This document shows, piece by piece, positions 11,603-23,939 of a stretch of DNA of 64,000 bases (positions within the stretch are counted from its first letter, which is position 1; every line of letters starts with the position of its first letter). Where the stretch lies: the NCBI GenBank assembly GCA_963792965.1, contig CAWBYW010000010.1, forward strand, positions 1 to 64,000, in the 5' to 3' direction. The notes under the pieces were generated by a model. That model was not told the DNA's origin, made no database searches, and was given only the letters and a program-made list of their open reading frames with translations. Source of the DNA: an uncultured delta proteobacterium. Its GTDB lineage: Bacteria; Desulfobacterota; Zymogenia; Zymogenales; Zymogenaceae. The position numbers were made by a program, and so were the translations under genes.

Positions 11603-13039
11603 ATGACAAACCGTTTTGAGGATACTATCGTCGCCGTGGCGACGCCGCCGGGCGAAGGCGGGATCGGGATCGTGCGCATCTCGGGCGTGAGGGCCCTCGA
11701 GATCGGGAGGAGCCTCTTCTCGTTTTCGGGGGGTTGTCCCGAGATCGAATCCCACCGTATGTACGCCGGCAAGGTCGTCCTCCTCGCTGACGGGGGGTTG
11801 GGGACGGGCCTGGGGCAACAGCTCGGCCGTGGAGCGATCGACCAAGGCCTGTTCGTTTTCATGAAAGCCCCGCGCTCGTTCTCCGGGGAGGATACCGTGG
11901 AGATCCAGTGCCACGGCTCCCCAATCCTCCTTGAGACGGTCGTGAACGGCGCACTATCGTGTGGGGCGCGAACGGCCGACCGTGGGGAATTCACGAGGCG
12001 CGCCTTCATGAACGGGAGGATCGACCTCACGCAGGCCGAAGCGGTGGCCGATCTGATCGCCGCACGCACCGTTGATTCGATGACCGCCTCCGCCCGGCAT
12101 CTTTTCGGGGGGCTTTCCGAAAAGATACGCGTGATCAGGGACACGCTTATCCCTCTCCTTTCCCGGATCGAGGCATCCATTGACTTCTCCGACCAGGACC
12201 TCGAGGCCCCCCCTCAGGGAAAGATCGCCGAGCAACTGGAGAGTATCCTTTCGGTTGTCCGTAGGCTGACCGCCACGTATCCGACGGGAAGGGTCTATCG
12301 CGAGGGGGTGAGGCTTGTCATCGTCGGCCGGCCGAACGTGGGCAAATCGAGCCTGATGAATGCGCTTATCGGCCGTCCGCGGGCCATCGTCACGCCCGAG
12401 CCGGGGACGACCAGAGACACGGTCGAAGAGACGATGAGCATCGGCGGATTTCCCGCCAGGCTTGTGGATACGTGCGGGCTGGGGGAGGCCGGGGGCCCCG
12501 TCGAGCGGGAGGGGATGAAAAGGACACGTGAGGCGCTCTCAGATGCCGACGTGATCCTGCTCGTCGGCGAGGCGGCGGCAGGAATCGGGGAAAGGGAGCG
12601 GCAGATCATCGACGCGCGCACGCGCGAGTCCGGATCCTCTCCCCGGGCGCTGGTAGTTGTCATGAACAAGGTCGATCTCGTGGCGGGTAATTCGGCCGCA
12701 CCTTTCGACGCCGGCGGCGACTTTCCGACCGTCTTCACGTCTGCGCTCATGGGTACGGGGATTGATCGATTGAAGGACGAGATCGCGTCATTGATCGCCG
12801 GTGGGGCGGGGTCGGCAAGAGACGAGGTGATGGTGACCAACAGCCGACATTACGAGGCGCTCCTGCGCGCCTCCGATTCTCTTTCGGAAGCAATCGGAGG
12901 CGTAGCCAAGGGAGTAGGCCCTGAATTTATCGCCGTCGATGTCCGGGGCGCGCTTACCGCCCTCGGAGAGGTGACGGGAGAGGTGACGACGGGTGAGGTC
13001 CTCGAGGCGATCTTCTCCCGCTTCTGCATCGGAAAATAG
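11603..13039 (+). CDS. mnmE: tRNA modification GTPase MnmE
   Basis: DTIVAVATPPGEGGIGIVRISG, GRPNVGKSS, PGTTRD, NKVD and C-terminal FCIGK. ATG at 11603 preferred over 11471. Confidence 0.97.
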   Translation: MTNRFEDTIVAVATPPGEGGIGIVRISGVRALEIGRSLFSFSGGCPEIESHRMYAGKVVLLADGGLGTGLGQQLGRGAIDQGLFVFMKAPRSFSGEDTVEIQCHGSPILLETVVNGALSCGARTADRGEFTRRAFMNGRIDLTQAEAVADLIAARTVDSMTASARHLFGGLSEKIRVIRDTLIPLLSRIEASIDFSDQDLEAPPQGKIAEQLESILSVVRRLTATYPTGRVYREGVRLVIVGRPNVGKSSLMNALIGRPRAIVTPEPGTTRDTVEETMSIGGFPARLVDTCGLGEAGGPVEREGMKRTREALSDADVILLVGEAAAGIGERERQIIDARTRESGSSPRALVVVMNKVDLVAGNSAAPFDAGGDFPTVFTSALMGTGIDRLKDEIASLIAGGAGSARDEVMVTNSRHYEALLRASDSLSEAIGGVAKGVGPEFIAVDVRGALTALGEVTGEVTTGEVLEAIFSRFCIGK

Positions 13040-13082
13040 CCAAGGGCACGACCGCGCGCATCTCCTTTTTCCTGTATGAACC

Positions 13083-13098
13083 CGTTTCACGTGAAACA
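13083..13098. promoter_or_regulatory. parS: parS centromere site 1
   Basis: CGTTTCACGTGAAACA, 15/16 match to the consensus TGTTTCACGTGAAACA, upstream of parAB. Confidence 0.92.
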
Positions 13099-13173
13099 TA
13101 CGCATCACCGAAGGCTGAACTACTTTCTTCCGACGGGGCCACCCACCTCAACGAGCTCCCTCTGGAGTCTCAA

Positions 13174-13189
13174 AGTTTCACGTGAAACA
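13174..13189. promoter_or_regulatory. parS: parS centromere site 2
   Basis: AGTTTCACGTGAAACA, 15/16 match to the consensus. Confidence 0.92.
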
Positions 13190-13311
13190 TGCAAAGGGCA
13201 TCCAAGGGCCGCGTAAAAGAGCTATTTTACTATTTTCGTCTCATTTTCCCCTTTTGTATGAAAAGAAGGTATGGTATAGTTCTCGGTGATTTTGTAAGGG
13301 ATTAACCGAAG

Positions 13312-14085
13312 ATGCCGGCAAAGATCATTTGTATCGCCAACCAGAAGGGTGGGGTCGGAAAGACCACCACCGCCGTGAATCTTTCGGCGTCGCTCGCCGC
13401 GGCCGAGAAGTCCACCCTCGTCATCGATATCGACCCTCAGGCAAATGCCGGCAGCGGGCTCGGTGTCGACAAGAATGATATCAAAAAGAGCATCTATCAG
13501 GTCATCATCGGGGAAATCCCGCTCACCAAGATCCTCGTGAAGCCCCAGAAAGAGCTCCCTTTCCTGACCCTGGCCCCCTCCAACACCGACCTCATCGGGG
13601 CCGAGGTCGAGCTCATCGGGGCCATTGCCCGAGAGCTGAAGCTGAAAAAGGCGATCGAAGAGGTTTTGGATCACTTCGCCTATATCCTGATCGACTGCCC
13701 CCCGTCTCTCGGCCTTCTCACGGTCAACTCGCTCACGTGCGCCCATAGCGTGATCATACCGCTGCAGTGCGAGTATTTCGCCATGGAGGGACTGGGCCAG
13801 CTCCTCTCGACGATCAACATCATCAAGAAAAACCTCAACAAGACGCTCTCCGTCGAAGGGATCCTGCTGACGATGTACGACATAAGAAACAACCTCTCCC
13901 ACCAGGTGCAGGAGGAGGTAACCACGCACTTCAAGAGCGAGGTCTTTCAGACCGTCATCCCGCGGAATGTTCGCCTCTCGGAGTGCTCGAGCTTCGGGCT
14001 CCCCATCATCCTGTACGACATCGATTCCAAGGGCGCCAAGAGCTACCTCGATCTGGCGCACGAGATCATCGAGAGGGAGGGGTAA
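13312..14085 (+). CDS. parA: chromosome partitioning ATPase ParA/Soj
   Basis: NQKGGVGKTTT, DIDPQAN, IDCPPSLG, IPRNVRLSE. Confidence 0.97.
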   Translation: MPAKIICIANQKGGVGKTTTAVNLSASLAAAEKSTLVIDIDPQANAGSGLGVDKNDIKKSIYQVIIGEIPLTKILVKPQKELPFLTLAPSNTDLIGAEVELIGAIARELKLKKAIEEVLDHFAYILIDCPPSLGLLTVNSLTCAHSVIIPLQCEYFAMEGLGQLLSTINIIKKNLNKTLSVEGILLTMYDIRNNLSHQVQEEVTTHFKSEVFQTVIPRNVRLSECSSFGLPIILYDIDSKGAKSYLDLAHEIIEREG

Positions 14086-14937
14086 ATGGCAAAGAGAAAG
14101 GTACTCGGAAAAGGACTCTCGGCCCTCATCCCCGACGCCGCCGTCACGACCGACGGGGGCGGCTCGGATCTTGTTTCCATCCACATCGACGAGATCTCCC
14201 CCAACCGGTTTCAGCCGCGCCGGGATTTTGACGACACAAAGATCGGCGAGCTGGCCTCGTCGATCCGCGAGAAGGGGATCATCCAGCCGCTGATCGTACG
14301 CGAGACGGACGAGGGGTATGAGCTGATCGCCGGGGAGCGCAGGCTGCGCGCGGCGAAAATGGCGGGCTTGAGCTCTGTTCCCGCCGTGATACGGGACGTC
14401 CCGGACGCCGAAGCCCTCGAGCTTGCGCTTATCGAAAATATCCAGCGGGAAAACCTCAACCCCATGGAAGAGGCCTACGCTTATCACCGCCTCATCGAGG
14501 AGTTCGCGCTTACCCAGGAGGAGATGGCGCAAAAAGTGGGGAGGGATCGGAGCACTATCACCAACAGCCTGCGGCTCCTTTCCCTGCCGGAAGTGGTTCG
14601 GCGAGACGTGGCCCTCGGAACCCTGAGCCCGGGACACGGCAGGGCGCTCCTGTCTCTCTCCGACGAGCGGGCAATCCTGATCGCCCGGGAGAAGTTCATC
14701 GCCAAGGGACTGTCGGTGCGGGAAGCAGAGGCCTTCGTAAAGCGGATCAAAGATGATCAGAAGGAGTCGAAGGCAAAGCCCGAAGTGGATTCCGCGATCC
14801 TCGACATGCAGGAGGAACTGACCCGCGCGCTCGGCACCAAGGTCAGGATCGTCAGCAAGGGCGCGGCCGGAACAATCGTGATCGAATATTATTCGACTCA
14901 GGAGCTCGACAGGATTGCGGATATCCTGCGGCGATAG
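14086..14937 (+). CDS. parB: chromosome partitioning protein ParB/Spo0J
   Basis: LGKGLSALI, QPRRDF, GERRLRAA (CTP-binding), ENIQRENL, HTH. Confidence 0.97.
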   Translation: MAKRKVLGKGLSALIPDAAVTTDGGGSDLVSIHIDEISPNRFQPRRDFDDTKIGELASSIREKGIIQPLIVRETDEGYELIAGERRLRAAKMAGLSSVPAVIRDVPDAEALELALIENIQRENLNPMEEAYAYHRLIEEFALTQEEMAQKVGRDRSTITNSLRLLSLPEVVRRDVALGTLSPGHGRALLSLSDERAILIAREKFIAKGLSVREAEAFVKRIKDDQKESKAKPEVDSAILDMQEELTRALGTKVRIVSKGAAGTIVIEYYSTQELDRIADILRR

Positions 14938-15045
14938 ACATGGTGCAGGCGGCCCGTACGGAAGTCCCGGCACGGACCGATTGATAAAAGAAGCAGTGCT
15001 ATATCCTCCGTCCTCCGTATAGACGGAGCAAGGAAAGGTAGAGTT

Positions 15046-15525
15046 ATGTTTGGAAGATTAAAAGTGATCGGCGGTAAGGCGCCGGAACAATTCGATAAGA
15101 CCGCAGAGCTTAACGCGTTCTTGGGAGCGGGCACCGAATTTGAGGGTAAGCTCTCGTTTGCCGGAACGGTCAGGGTGGAAGGGAAACTGAAGGGTAAGGT
15201 CTTTGCAAAGGACGTGCTCATCATCGGCAACAACGGCTACGTTGAAGGGGAGATCGAGGTCGACACGATCATCATCGACGGGACGGTTCGTGGCAATATC
15301 CGGGCCGCCAATAAGCTCCTGATCGCTTCGACCGGTCACTTCTACGGGAACGTAGAGACCCCGACCTTCATCATCGAGGACGGCGGGATCTTCGAGGGGA
15401 ACTGTCGTATGGAAGAGATCAAGACAATGCTGTCCACCACCAAGTTTACCAGCGCCGACAGGGACATCGACCACAGCCTCATCAAGGTAGTCGAGAAGAA
15501 GGCCAACGGGGGGACGATCAACTAA
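15046..15525 (+). CDS. bactofilin (polymer-forming cytoskeletal protein)
   Basis: Beta-helix repeats FLGAGTEFEGKLSF...IDGTVRGNIRA...IEDGGIFEGNCRM. Confidence 0.92.
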   Translation: MFGRLKVIGGKAPEQFDKTAELNAFLGAGTEFEGKLSFAGTVRVEGKLKGKVFAKDVLIIGNNGYVEGEIEVDTIIIDGTVRGNIRAANKLLIASTGHFYGNVETPTFIIEDGGIFEGNCRMEEIKTMLSTTKFTSADRDIDHSLIKVVEKKANGGTIN

Positions 15526-15668
15526 CACGAGCCTGTAAGAAATCCCCGCCCCCCTTTTCCGTGGGACGGAGAGGCTCGTCGGTCATCCCCGCCTCGCGAG
15601 CCCCTCAGCACATTCCAGCCGCCAACCGACTTCGCCAGAGAGGTCGGTCGGGGTGATGAAATCTCGCG

Positions 15669-15708
15669 GATAAGAAACCCACCGGATCGGTAAGGTGGGT
15701 TTCTTATC
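15669..15708. terminator. 15-bp perfect inverted repeat, probable terminator before the atp promoter
   Basis: GATAAGAAACCCACC-N10-GGTGGGTTTCTTATC followed by TATTTT. Confidence 0.65.
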
Positions 15709-15735
15709 TATTTTATGCTCATAACAAAAATTTCC

Positions 15736-15764
15736 TTGACAGAAAAAAGGCCCTATGATACATT
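15736..15764 (+). promoter_or_regulatory. sigma70 promoter of the atp operon
   Basis: TTGACA-17 nt-TACATT with a TG extension. Confidence 0.65.
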
Positions 15765-15856
15765 CCACCGAGGTTGAATGAATAATCATTCATTTGATCC
15801 GCGGTTCATTGAAACGGATCTTTTTAGTATCGAAATGATTAAGGTGCATCGCTGCC

Positions 15857-16282
15857 GTGCTTAACTTAAACGTCACATTCTTTGTCCAGGTTGTTAACTT
15901 CCTCATCCTTATTGCGGTCCTCAACTGGCTATTGGTGAGACCCACCCTGAGGATCCTCGAGGAGCGCAGACAGCAGGTCGAGGGGACCGGAGAGGAGGCC
16001 AAGCGCCTGACGGCCGAGACCGAGCAACACGTCGCCGAATATGAGAAGAGCCTCGCGGAGGCCCGGGTCGTGGCGGGCAGGCAGAAGGAACGGCTCCGTA
16101 TGGAAGGGGTCGAGCGTGAAAACGAGATCGTCAGGACCGCCCGGGATCAGGCCCGACAGATCGTGGAGGAGATGAAGGAGAAAATCGCCAGGGAAGCCAA
16201 GAACGCATCAGCGGCGATGAAGGGAGAAATCGAGGTTCTCTCGGCGGAGATAACTAAAAAGGTACTCGGAAGGGGGATCTAA
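15857..16282 (+). CDS. atpF: ATP synthase F0 subunit b'
   Basis: N-terminal TM (QVVNFLILIAVLNWLLVRP) followed by a charged coiled coil. Confidence 0.9.
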   Translation: MLNLNVTFFVQVVNFLILIAVLNWLLVRPTLRILEERRQQVEGTGEEAKRLTAETEQHVAEYEKSLAEARVVAGRQKERLRMEGVERENEIVRTARDQARQIVEEMKEKIAREAKNASAAMKGEIEVLSAEITKKVLGRGI

Positions 16283-16286
16283 TCGC

Positions 16287-16904
16287 ATGGCGCCATCATT
16301 CCTGAAGAAGCTATCCCCCGTCCTTATCGTGATGATCGTCTTTTCGGTGCTGGCGATCGGATGTGCGATCGTGGTCACGCTGGCGGCGCAGGGGACGATC
16401 TCCCTCTCGCTTCCGGGGGAACCCGGGCGGATCGAGGACCTCGCCTGGCGTATTGCCAACTTCTCCGTCCTCGTCATCTTCCTGCACGTCACCCTTACCC
16501 ACCGAATCGCCACGTTCCTCTCCGATCGCCGCAGTGCGATTCGGGAGGCGCTGGATGAGGCGGTCAAGGCGCGCCGTGACGCCGAAAAGAAATACGAGGA
16601 AGTAAATCGGATGATCAAGAAGGCCAAGGAGGAGATCGAAGAGATACACTCCTCCTTCGCCACGGAAGGGCAGAGGGAGAGGGACCGGCTCATCAAGAAC
16701 GCCCAGCAGGAGGCGGAGAAGATCAAGAAGCAGGCGGAGGCCACCGCGGTCCAAGAAGTAAGGAAGGCCCGGTTTGCGCTGCGAGCCGAGGCCGTTGACC
16801 TCGCCGTCGAGATGGCCGAGGAGATCCTCAAGAAGAACATCAAGCAAGAAGACCTGAAGAGAGTCACGCAGGAGTTCATTAAAAAGGCGGCGGAGCTGAA
16901 ATGA
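16287..16904 (+). CDS. atpF: ATP synthase F0 subunit b
   Basis: WRIANFSVLVIFL TM plus coiled coil, with the extra N-terminal hydrophobic segment seen in deltaproteobacterial b subunits. Confidence 0.88.
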   Translation: MAPSFLKKLSPVLIVMIVFSVLAIGCAIVVTLAAQGTISLSLPGEPGRIEDLAWRIANFSVLVIFLHVTLTHRIATFLSDRRSAIREALDEAVKARRDAEKKYEEVNRMIKKAKEEIEEIHSSFATEGQRERDRLIKNAQQEAEKIKKQAEATAVQEVRKARFALRAEAVDLAVEMAEEILKKNIKQEDLKRVTQEFIKKAAELK

Positions 16905-17452
16905 TAGACGAAACGATCGCGAAGAAATATGCGCGCGCCCTCATCGAGCTTGGGCTCGAGAGCAAAAAAGAAGAGCGGTGCGGGGAAGAGTTGGACGCGT
17001 TCGCCGCGCTCCTCAAGGATAACGAACAGTTGAGGAGTTTCCTGACGGGGCCGACCGGGGAAAAGGAGCTCAAGCGCTCGACACTCGACGCGGTCCTCGA
17101 TAAGACGAAGTATCTCCCCCTCGTCGGGAATTTTATCCGTCTCCTCCAAGACAAGGAGCGCCTCGTGTTCGTCGGTGATATCGCCAGGGCCTACGGTCGG
17201 TTTCTGAACGAGCACCGGGGGAAGGTGAAAGCGCGGCTGGTCAGCGCGTCGGCGCTGTCGGACGGCGAGATCAAGGAGATTCAGAAGCGACTCTCGGTCA
17301 CGTTGAAACGGGATATCGTGCTTGAGACCTCGGTAGATGCGTCGCTCATCGGGGGCGAGGTCGCCTACGTCGGGGGGCTTGTCCTTGACGGGAGCATAAG
17401 AACGCAATTAAATAATATTCGTGATAATCTTAAGAAGGGGTATGTGAGCTAA
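16901..17452 (+). CDS. atpH: ATP synthase F1 subunit delta
   Basis: [25 protein letters not shown]. Confidence 0.95.
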   Translation: MIDETIAKKYARALIELGLESKKEERCGEELDAFAALLKDNEQLRSFLTGPTGEKELKRSTLDAVLDKTKYLPLVGNFIRLLQDKERLVFVGDIARAYGRFLNEHRGKVKARLVSASALSDGEIKEIQKRLSVTLKRDIVLETSVDASLIGGEVAYVGGLVLDGSIRTQLNNIRDNLKKGYVS

Positions 17453-17453
17453 A

Positions 17454-18962
<1,509 letters not shown>

Positions 18963-18977
18963 CGGATAAGGGCGGAC

Positions 18978-19838
18978 ATGGCAAACCTGAAGGAAATACG
19001 CAAGCGGATACAGTCCGTCAAGAGCACCCAGCAGATCACGAGTGCCATGAAGATGGTGGCCGCGGCCAAGCTGAAGAAGGCGCAGGAGCGCATAGAGAAG
19101 GCGCGTCCCTACGCCGTCAAGATGGCGGACGTTTTGGCAAGCCTCGCTTTACGCACGCACCAGAAGGCGCATCCGCTCCTGGCGTCCCGCGACGTGCAGC
19201 GGGTGGCGGTCATCGTGATTACCTCCGACAGGGGGCTGTGCGGCGCGTTCAACCAGAATATCATCAAGACGACCGAGCAGTTTATCAGGACCAATCGCGG
19301 CAGCTATGCGGATTTGCTCTTTGCGCTCGTTGGAAAGAAAGGGTACGACTATTTCAAGATCCGGCCGATCACCATCCACCGGGAGTACCTCGGCATCTCG
19401 GGCAAGATCGACTACTCGATGGCCGAAACGATCGCCGGGAGCATGAAAGAACTCTTCCTTTCTGAGAAGGTCGACGAGATCTATATCCTCTACAATCGGT
19501 TCAAGACGACCATTAGTCAGGAGATTACGTTTGATCGGCTGCTGCCGATCACGCCGCTGACGGCAGCCGAGGGCGAGACGGTTCCGGGATACGTCTTCGA
19601 ACCGTCCGAAGAGGATATCCTCGAGGATATCATCAACAAGAATCTCGAGATCCAGGTCTTCCGGGCACTGCTCGAATCGGAGGCCTCCGAATTGGGCGCG
19701 CGGATGACGGCGATGGACAGCGCCACCTCGAACGCCGAGGACATGATCAAGAAGCTGACACTTAAATATAACCGGGCCCGTCAGGAGACGATTACCAAGG
19801 AGCTCATGGAGATCATCAGCGGCGCCGAGGCCTTGTAG
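18978..19838 (+). CDS. atpG: ATP synthase F1 subunit gamma
   Basis: ITSAMKMVAAAK, SDRGLCG, NRARQETITKELMEI. Confidence 0.98.
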   Translation: MANLKEIRKRIQSVKSTQQITSAMKMVAAAKLKKAQERIEKARPYAVKMADVLASLALRTHQKAHPLLASRDVQRVAVIVITSDRGLCGAFNQNIIKTTEQFIRTNRGSYADLLFALVGKKGYDYFKIRPITIHREYLGISGKIDYSMAETIAGSMKELFLSEKVDEIYILYNRFKTTISQEITFDRLLPITPLTAAEGETVPGYVFEPSEEDILEDIINKNLEIQVFRALLESEASELGARMTAMDSATSNAEDMIKKLTLKYNRARQETITKELMEIISGAEAL

Positions 19839-19906
19839 TCGAGGAAGAAACGTAATAAAACAGCGTGGGGCCGCGCGGCGGCATCAGCTGACGATGGAAC
19901 TGATAG

Positions 19907-21346
<1,440 letters not shown>

Positions 21347-21370
21347 CGGGAAAAAGGGGGAGTCACAACA

Positions 21371-21781
21371 ATGGGATTTAGCCTCGAGATCGTCACGCCC
21401 GATAAGCTCGTTGTCAGCGACGAGGTAGAAAAAGTCGTCTGCCCCGGGTCGGAGGGCGAGTTCGGAGTCCTGCCGAGCCACGTCCCTCTCATCACGAAGC
21501 TCAAGATAGGGGAGGTGCGGTACGTCGACTCGGTCACCAAGAACGAGCATTTCCTGGTGGTGACGGGCGGGTACGCGGAGGTGGCCAACAAGAAGGTCAC
21601 CATCCTTGCCGATCAGTGCATCAGGGCGCGGGATATCGACAAGGTGCAGGAGGAGCTCAACGTCCAGAAGTCGGAGGAGATCCTTAAGGTGGCCGACAAG
21701 ACGACGCCGGAGTATGCCGAGGCCAAGAAAACGTTCGACCTCGCCAAGGCACTGTTGAAGGTGGTGGAGAAAGTGGGTTAG
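21371..21781 (+). CDS. atpC: ATP synthase F1 subunit epsilon
   Basis: LEIVTPD, GEFGVLPSHVPLI. Confidence 0.96.
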   Translation: MGFSLEIVTPDKLVVSDEVEKVVCPGSEGEFGVLPSHVPLITKLKIGEVRYVDSVTKNEHFLVVTGGYAEVANKKVTILADQCIRARDIDKVQEELNVQKSEEILKVADKTTPEYAEAKKTFDLAKALLKVVEKVG

Positions 21782-21920
21782 GAAACGGGTAGGGGGCGTG
21801 AGCCCCGCTACGCGATATATACAGAAAAGGAGGGGATTGCCCTCCTTTTCCATTTTCCCGTCGGGACCCGGATCACCTACGTCGGGGGGGAGAAGGTCGT
21901 CACGTAGCTGGGACCTCGCC

Positions 21921-23205
21921 CTATTTCGGGTCCAGCCGCCGGGGGCCGGCCGGCCGCCAGGCCGGGGAGATGACACCGGCCTCCTTGGGCCAGTCGGATG
22001 AGGCGGCGGCCGACACGATATCGTCGCCGTAGCGGTCTTTGATCTCGTCCACCGCGCCCGTCAGCAGGAACTCCCTGCGCTCGCCGTGAAAGAGGGGGAC
22101 CTGGCTTCCGGAATAGATGAGATTTGTCGCGCTCACGCCCAAAAGCCTCACCGGCATCGGGATCTCGATGGTCGACAGGATGTTTACCGCAGCCTGGTAA
22201 ATATCGAGATCGAGCTGGATGGGCCGGGGCAGGGTGTGGCGTTTGCCCTGCCCCGAGAAGTCCGAAAAGCGGACGTAGAGGTGTACCGTCCTGCCCCAGC
22301 AGCGCTCCCTCCTGAGGCGTCTTCCGACCTTGGCCGAAAGCAACAGCAGGTAGCGGTGAAGGCCCGCGGTATCGTCGACGTCGTAGGGAAAGGTCATCGA
22401 ATGGCCGATGCTCTTTGCGGCGTCCTCCTTCCCGGCGGGGACGACGGGGCTCTCGTCCACGCCGAGGCCCATGTAGTGCAGCCGCTCGCCGATGACCCCG
22501 AACTTTCCCTTGAGGATCTCGACGGGGTAGCGGCCGAGCTCCCCGCACGTGGTGATCCCCAGACCCCTTGAGCACCTTTCCGAGCTTTGAGCCGATCCCG
22601 CAGATCTCCTCGATGGGCATCGTCTCCATCAAGGGGCCGATTTCGTCCTGGGTCACGATCGTGAGCCCGTCGGGCTTCTTGAAGCCGGAGACAAGCTTGG
22701 CGATGAGCTTGTTGGGGGCCACCCCGACCGAGGAGGTGATGTTGAGGTCTTCCCTGATACGCCGCTTGATCTCACGCGCGATCTGTTCTGCCCCCCCGAA
22801 GAGCCGGAGCGACCCCGTCACGTCCAGGAACGCCTCGTCGATGGAGAAGACCTCCACGTCGGGCGTGTAGTCGCGCAGGATCGCCAGGATCCTCACCGAC
22901 GCGTCGATGTAGCGCCGGTTGTTGCCCGGCACAAGGATCAGCTCGGGGCAGACGCGCGTGCCCTCGCCCATGGTCATGCCGGTCCTGACGCCGCGGGCCC
23001 TGGCCTCGTAGGAGGAGGTGACGATGACGGTGCGCTTCTTGCTCCCGATGACGGCGATGGGCTTTCCCACGAGCGCGGGGTTGGTGGCCTGCTCGACGGA
23101 GGCGAAGAAGGCGTCCATGTCGATGTGCAGGATCGTGCGCGGGCCCGGCATCCGGGTCATCCGTCGCGGGGCGATGAAGGTATTCGTGGGGGGGATAAGA
23201 GCCAT
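21921..23205 (-). CDS. dinB: DNA polymerase IV (Y-family), frameshift near 22560
   Basis: HIDMDAFFASVE, SYEARARGV, SIDEAFLD and KPDG in one frame; KSIGHSMTF and RLLGVSATNL in ORF 21921..22472. The true start may be at 23151-23160. Confidence 0.95.
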
Positions 23206-23250
23206 GTTGGTTTAACTCGGAAACAGGAATTATTTCTTACGAGGATAACA

Positions 23251-23551
23251 TGTCATCGCGAGCAAAGCGGGGCAATCTCCCGAGTATATGCCGGATACGT
23301 TTTCCCGGGTGGCACGGGCAAACCGAAGGTTGCCCGTGGAAAAGGATCGGTTTTGCGGGCGGCATATATGCCGCCCCTACGGTTCCTAAACCGGAATCGT
23401 CGATAAACCCGTAGCGGCGCGATATATCGGGCCCGGGAGTCACCGTCATTGCGAGGAGCGCAGCGACGCGGCAATCTCCTCACGGTCTCCCCGATCATCA
23501 CTTCACCCGCAGAGATACATCGTACTCCCGCAAAATCGAAGATTTTGTGGG
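23251..23551. repeat. cluster of REP-like palindromes from several families
   Basis: GTCATYGCGAG...GGCAATCTCC twice (23252, 23445); GGTGG-CACGGGCAAACCGAAGGTTGCCCGTG (23308-23338); GGGCGGCATATATGCCGCCC-CTAC (23357-23380); GTAG-CGGCGCGATATATCGGGCCCG (23411-23435); CCCGCAAAATC-GAA-GATTTTGTGGG (23527-23551). Confidence 0.75.
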
Positions 23552-23554
23552 GTG

Positions 23555-23800
23555 TCATTCCGCCTCCACCGCCGCCAGGTGCCAGCTCATCGCCCGCTCC
23601 CGGTAGCAGAGCTCAAAGAGCGTCGCCCCGTCGGTGACGGCAAAGTGGTGGCGCATCTCGCGCCCCTCGGCGTCTTTCCATGTGTGGGTGACGCGCTGGA
23701 CAACGTACTTTTTGCCCCGCCAGTAAAACCACTTGGGGTTGACCTTACCGGCGCCGAAGACGGCGCCGACTTTGATGGGCTCATCGATGACGGTAACCAT
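23555..23800 (-). CDS. small DUF6504-like protein of the SOS cassette
   Basis: MVTVIDEPIKVGAVF...PKWFYWRGKKYVVQRVTHTW...HHFAVTDGATLFELCY...WHL resembles the small beta-rich domain associated with Y-family polymerase cassettes; lies between lexA and dinB. Confidence 0.7.
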   Translation of the reverse strand: MVTVIDEPIKVGAVFGAGKVNPKWFYWRGKKYVVQRVTHTWKDAEGREMRHHFAVTDGATLFELCYRERAMSWHLAAVEAE

Positions 23801-23871
23801 GGATGCGTGCTCTCTTCGTGCAAAAACAGGTTGATTCAAAGGTGGCTTTGCCGACCAAACGAACTATTTAC

Positions 23872-23891
23872 GGACACCATACATGGTGTCC
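23872..23891. promoter_or_regulatory. palindromic candidate operator between lexA and the DUF6504-like gene
   Basis: GGACACCAT-AC-ATGGTGTCC, a perfect 9-bp inverted repeat. Confidence 0.4.
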
Positions 23892-23939
23892 CTATAAGTC
23901 GAAATTGGGTTATCTCTTCTTATCTCCTGTTGGGGTGAC

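Noticed and set aside
13222-14973. 583 aa minus-strand ORF over parAB
   Set aside because: Antisense shadow of two conserved genes; GC-rich codon bias leaves the reverse frame open, and it has no protein motifs.
16208-17407. 399 aa minus-strand ORF over atpF/atpH
   Set aside because: Shadow ORF with composition typical of antisense frames.
23251-23551. Possible CRISPR array
   Set aside because: Repeats are heterogeneous palindromes without constant repeat-spacer periodicity, and there are no cas genes.
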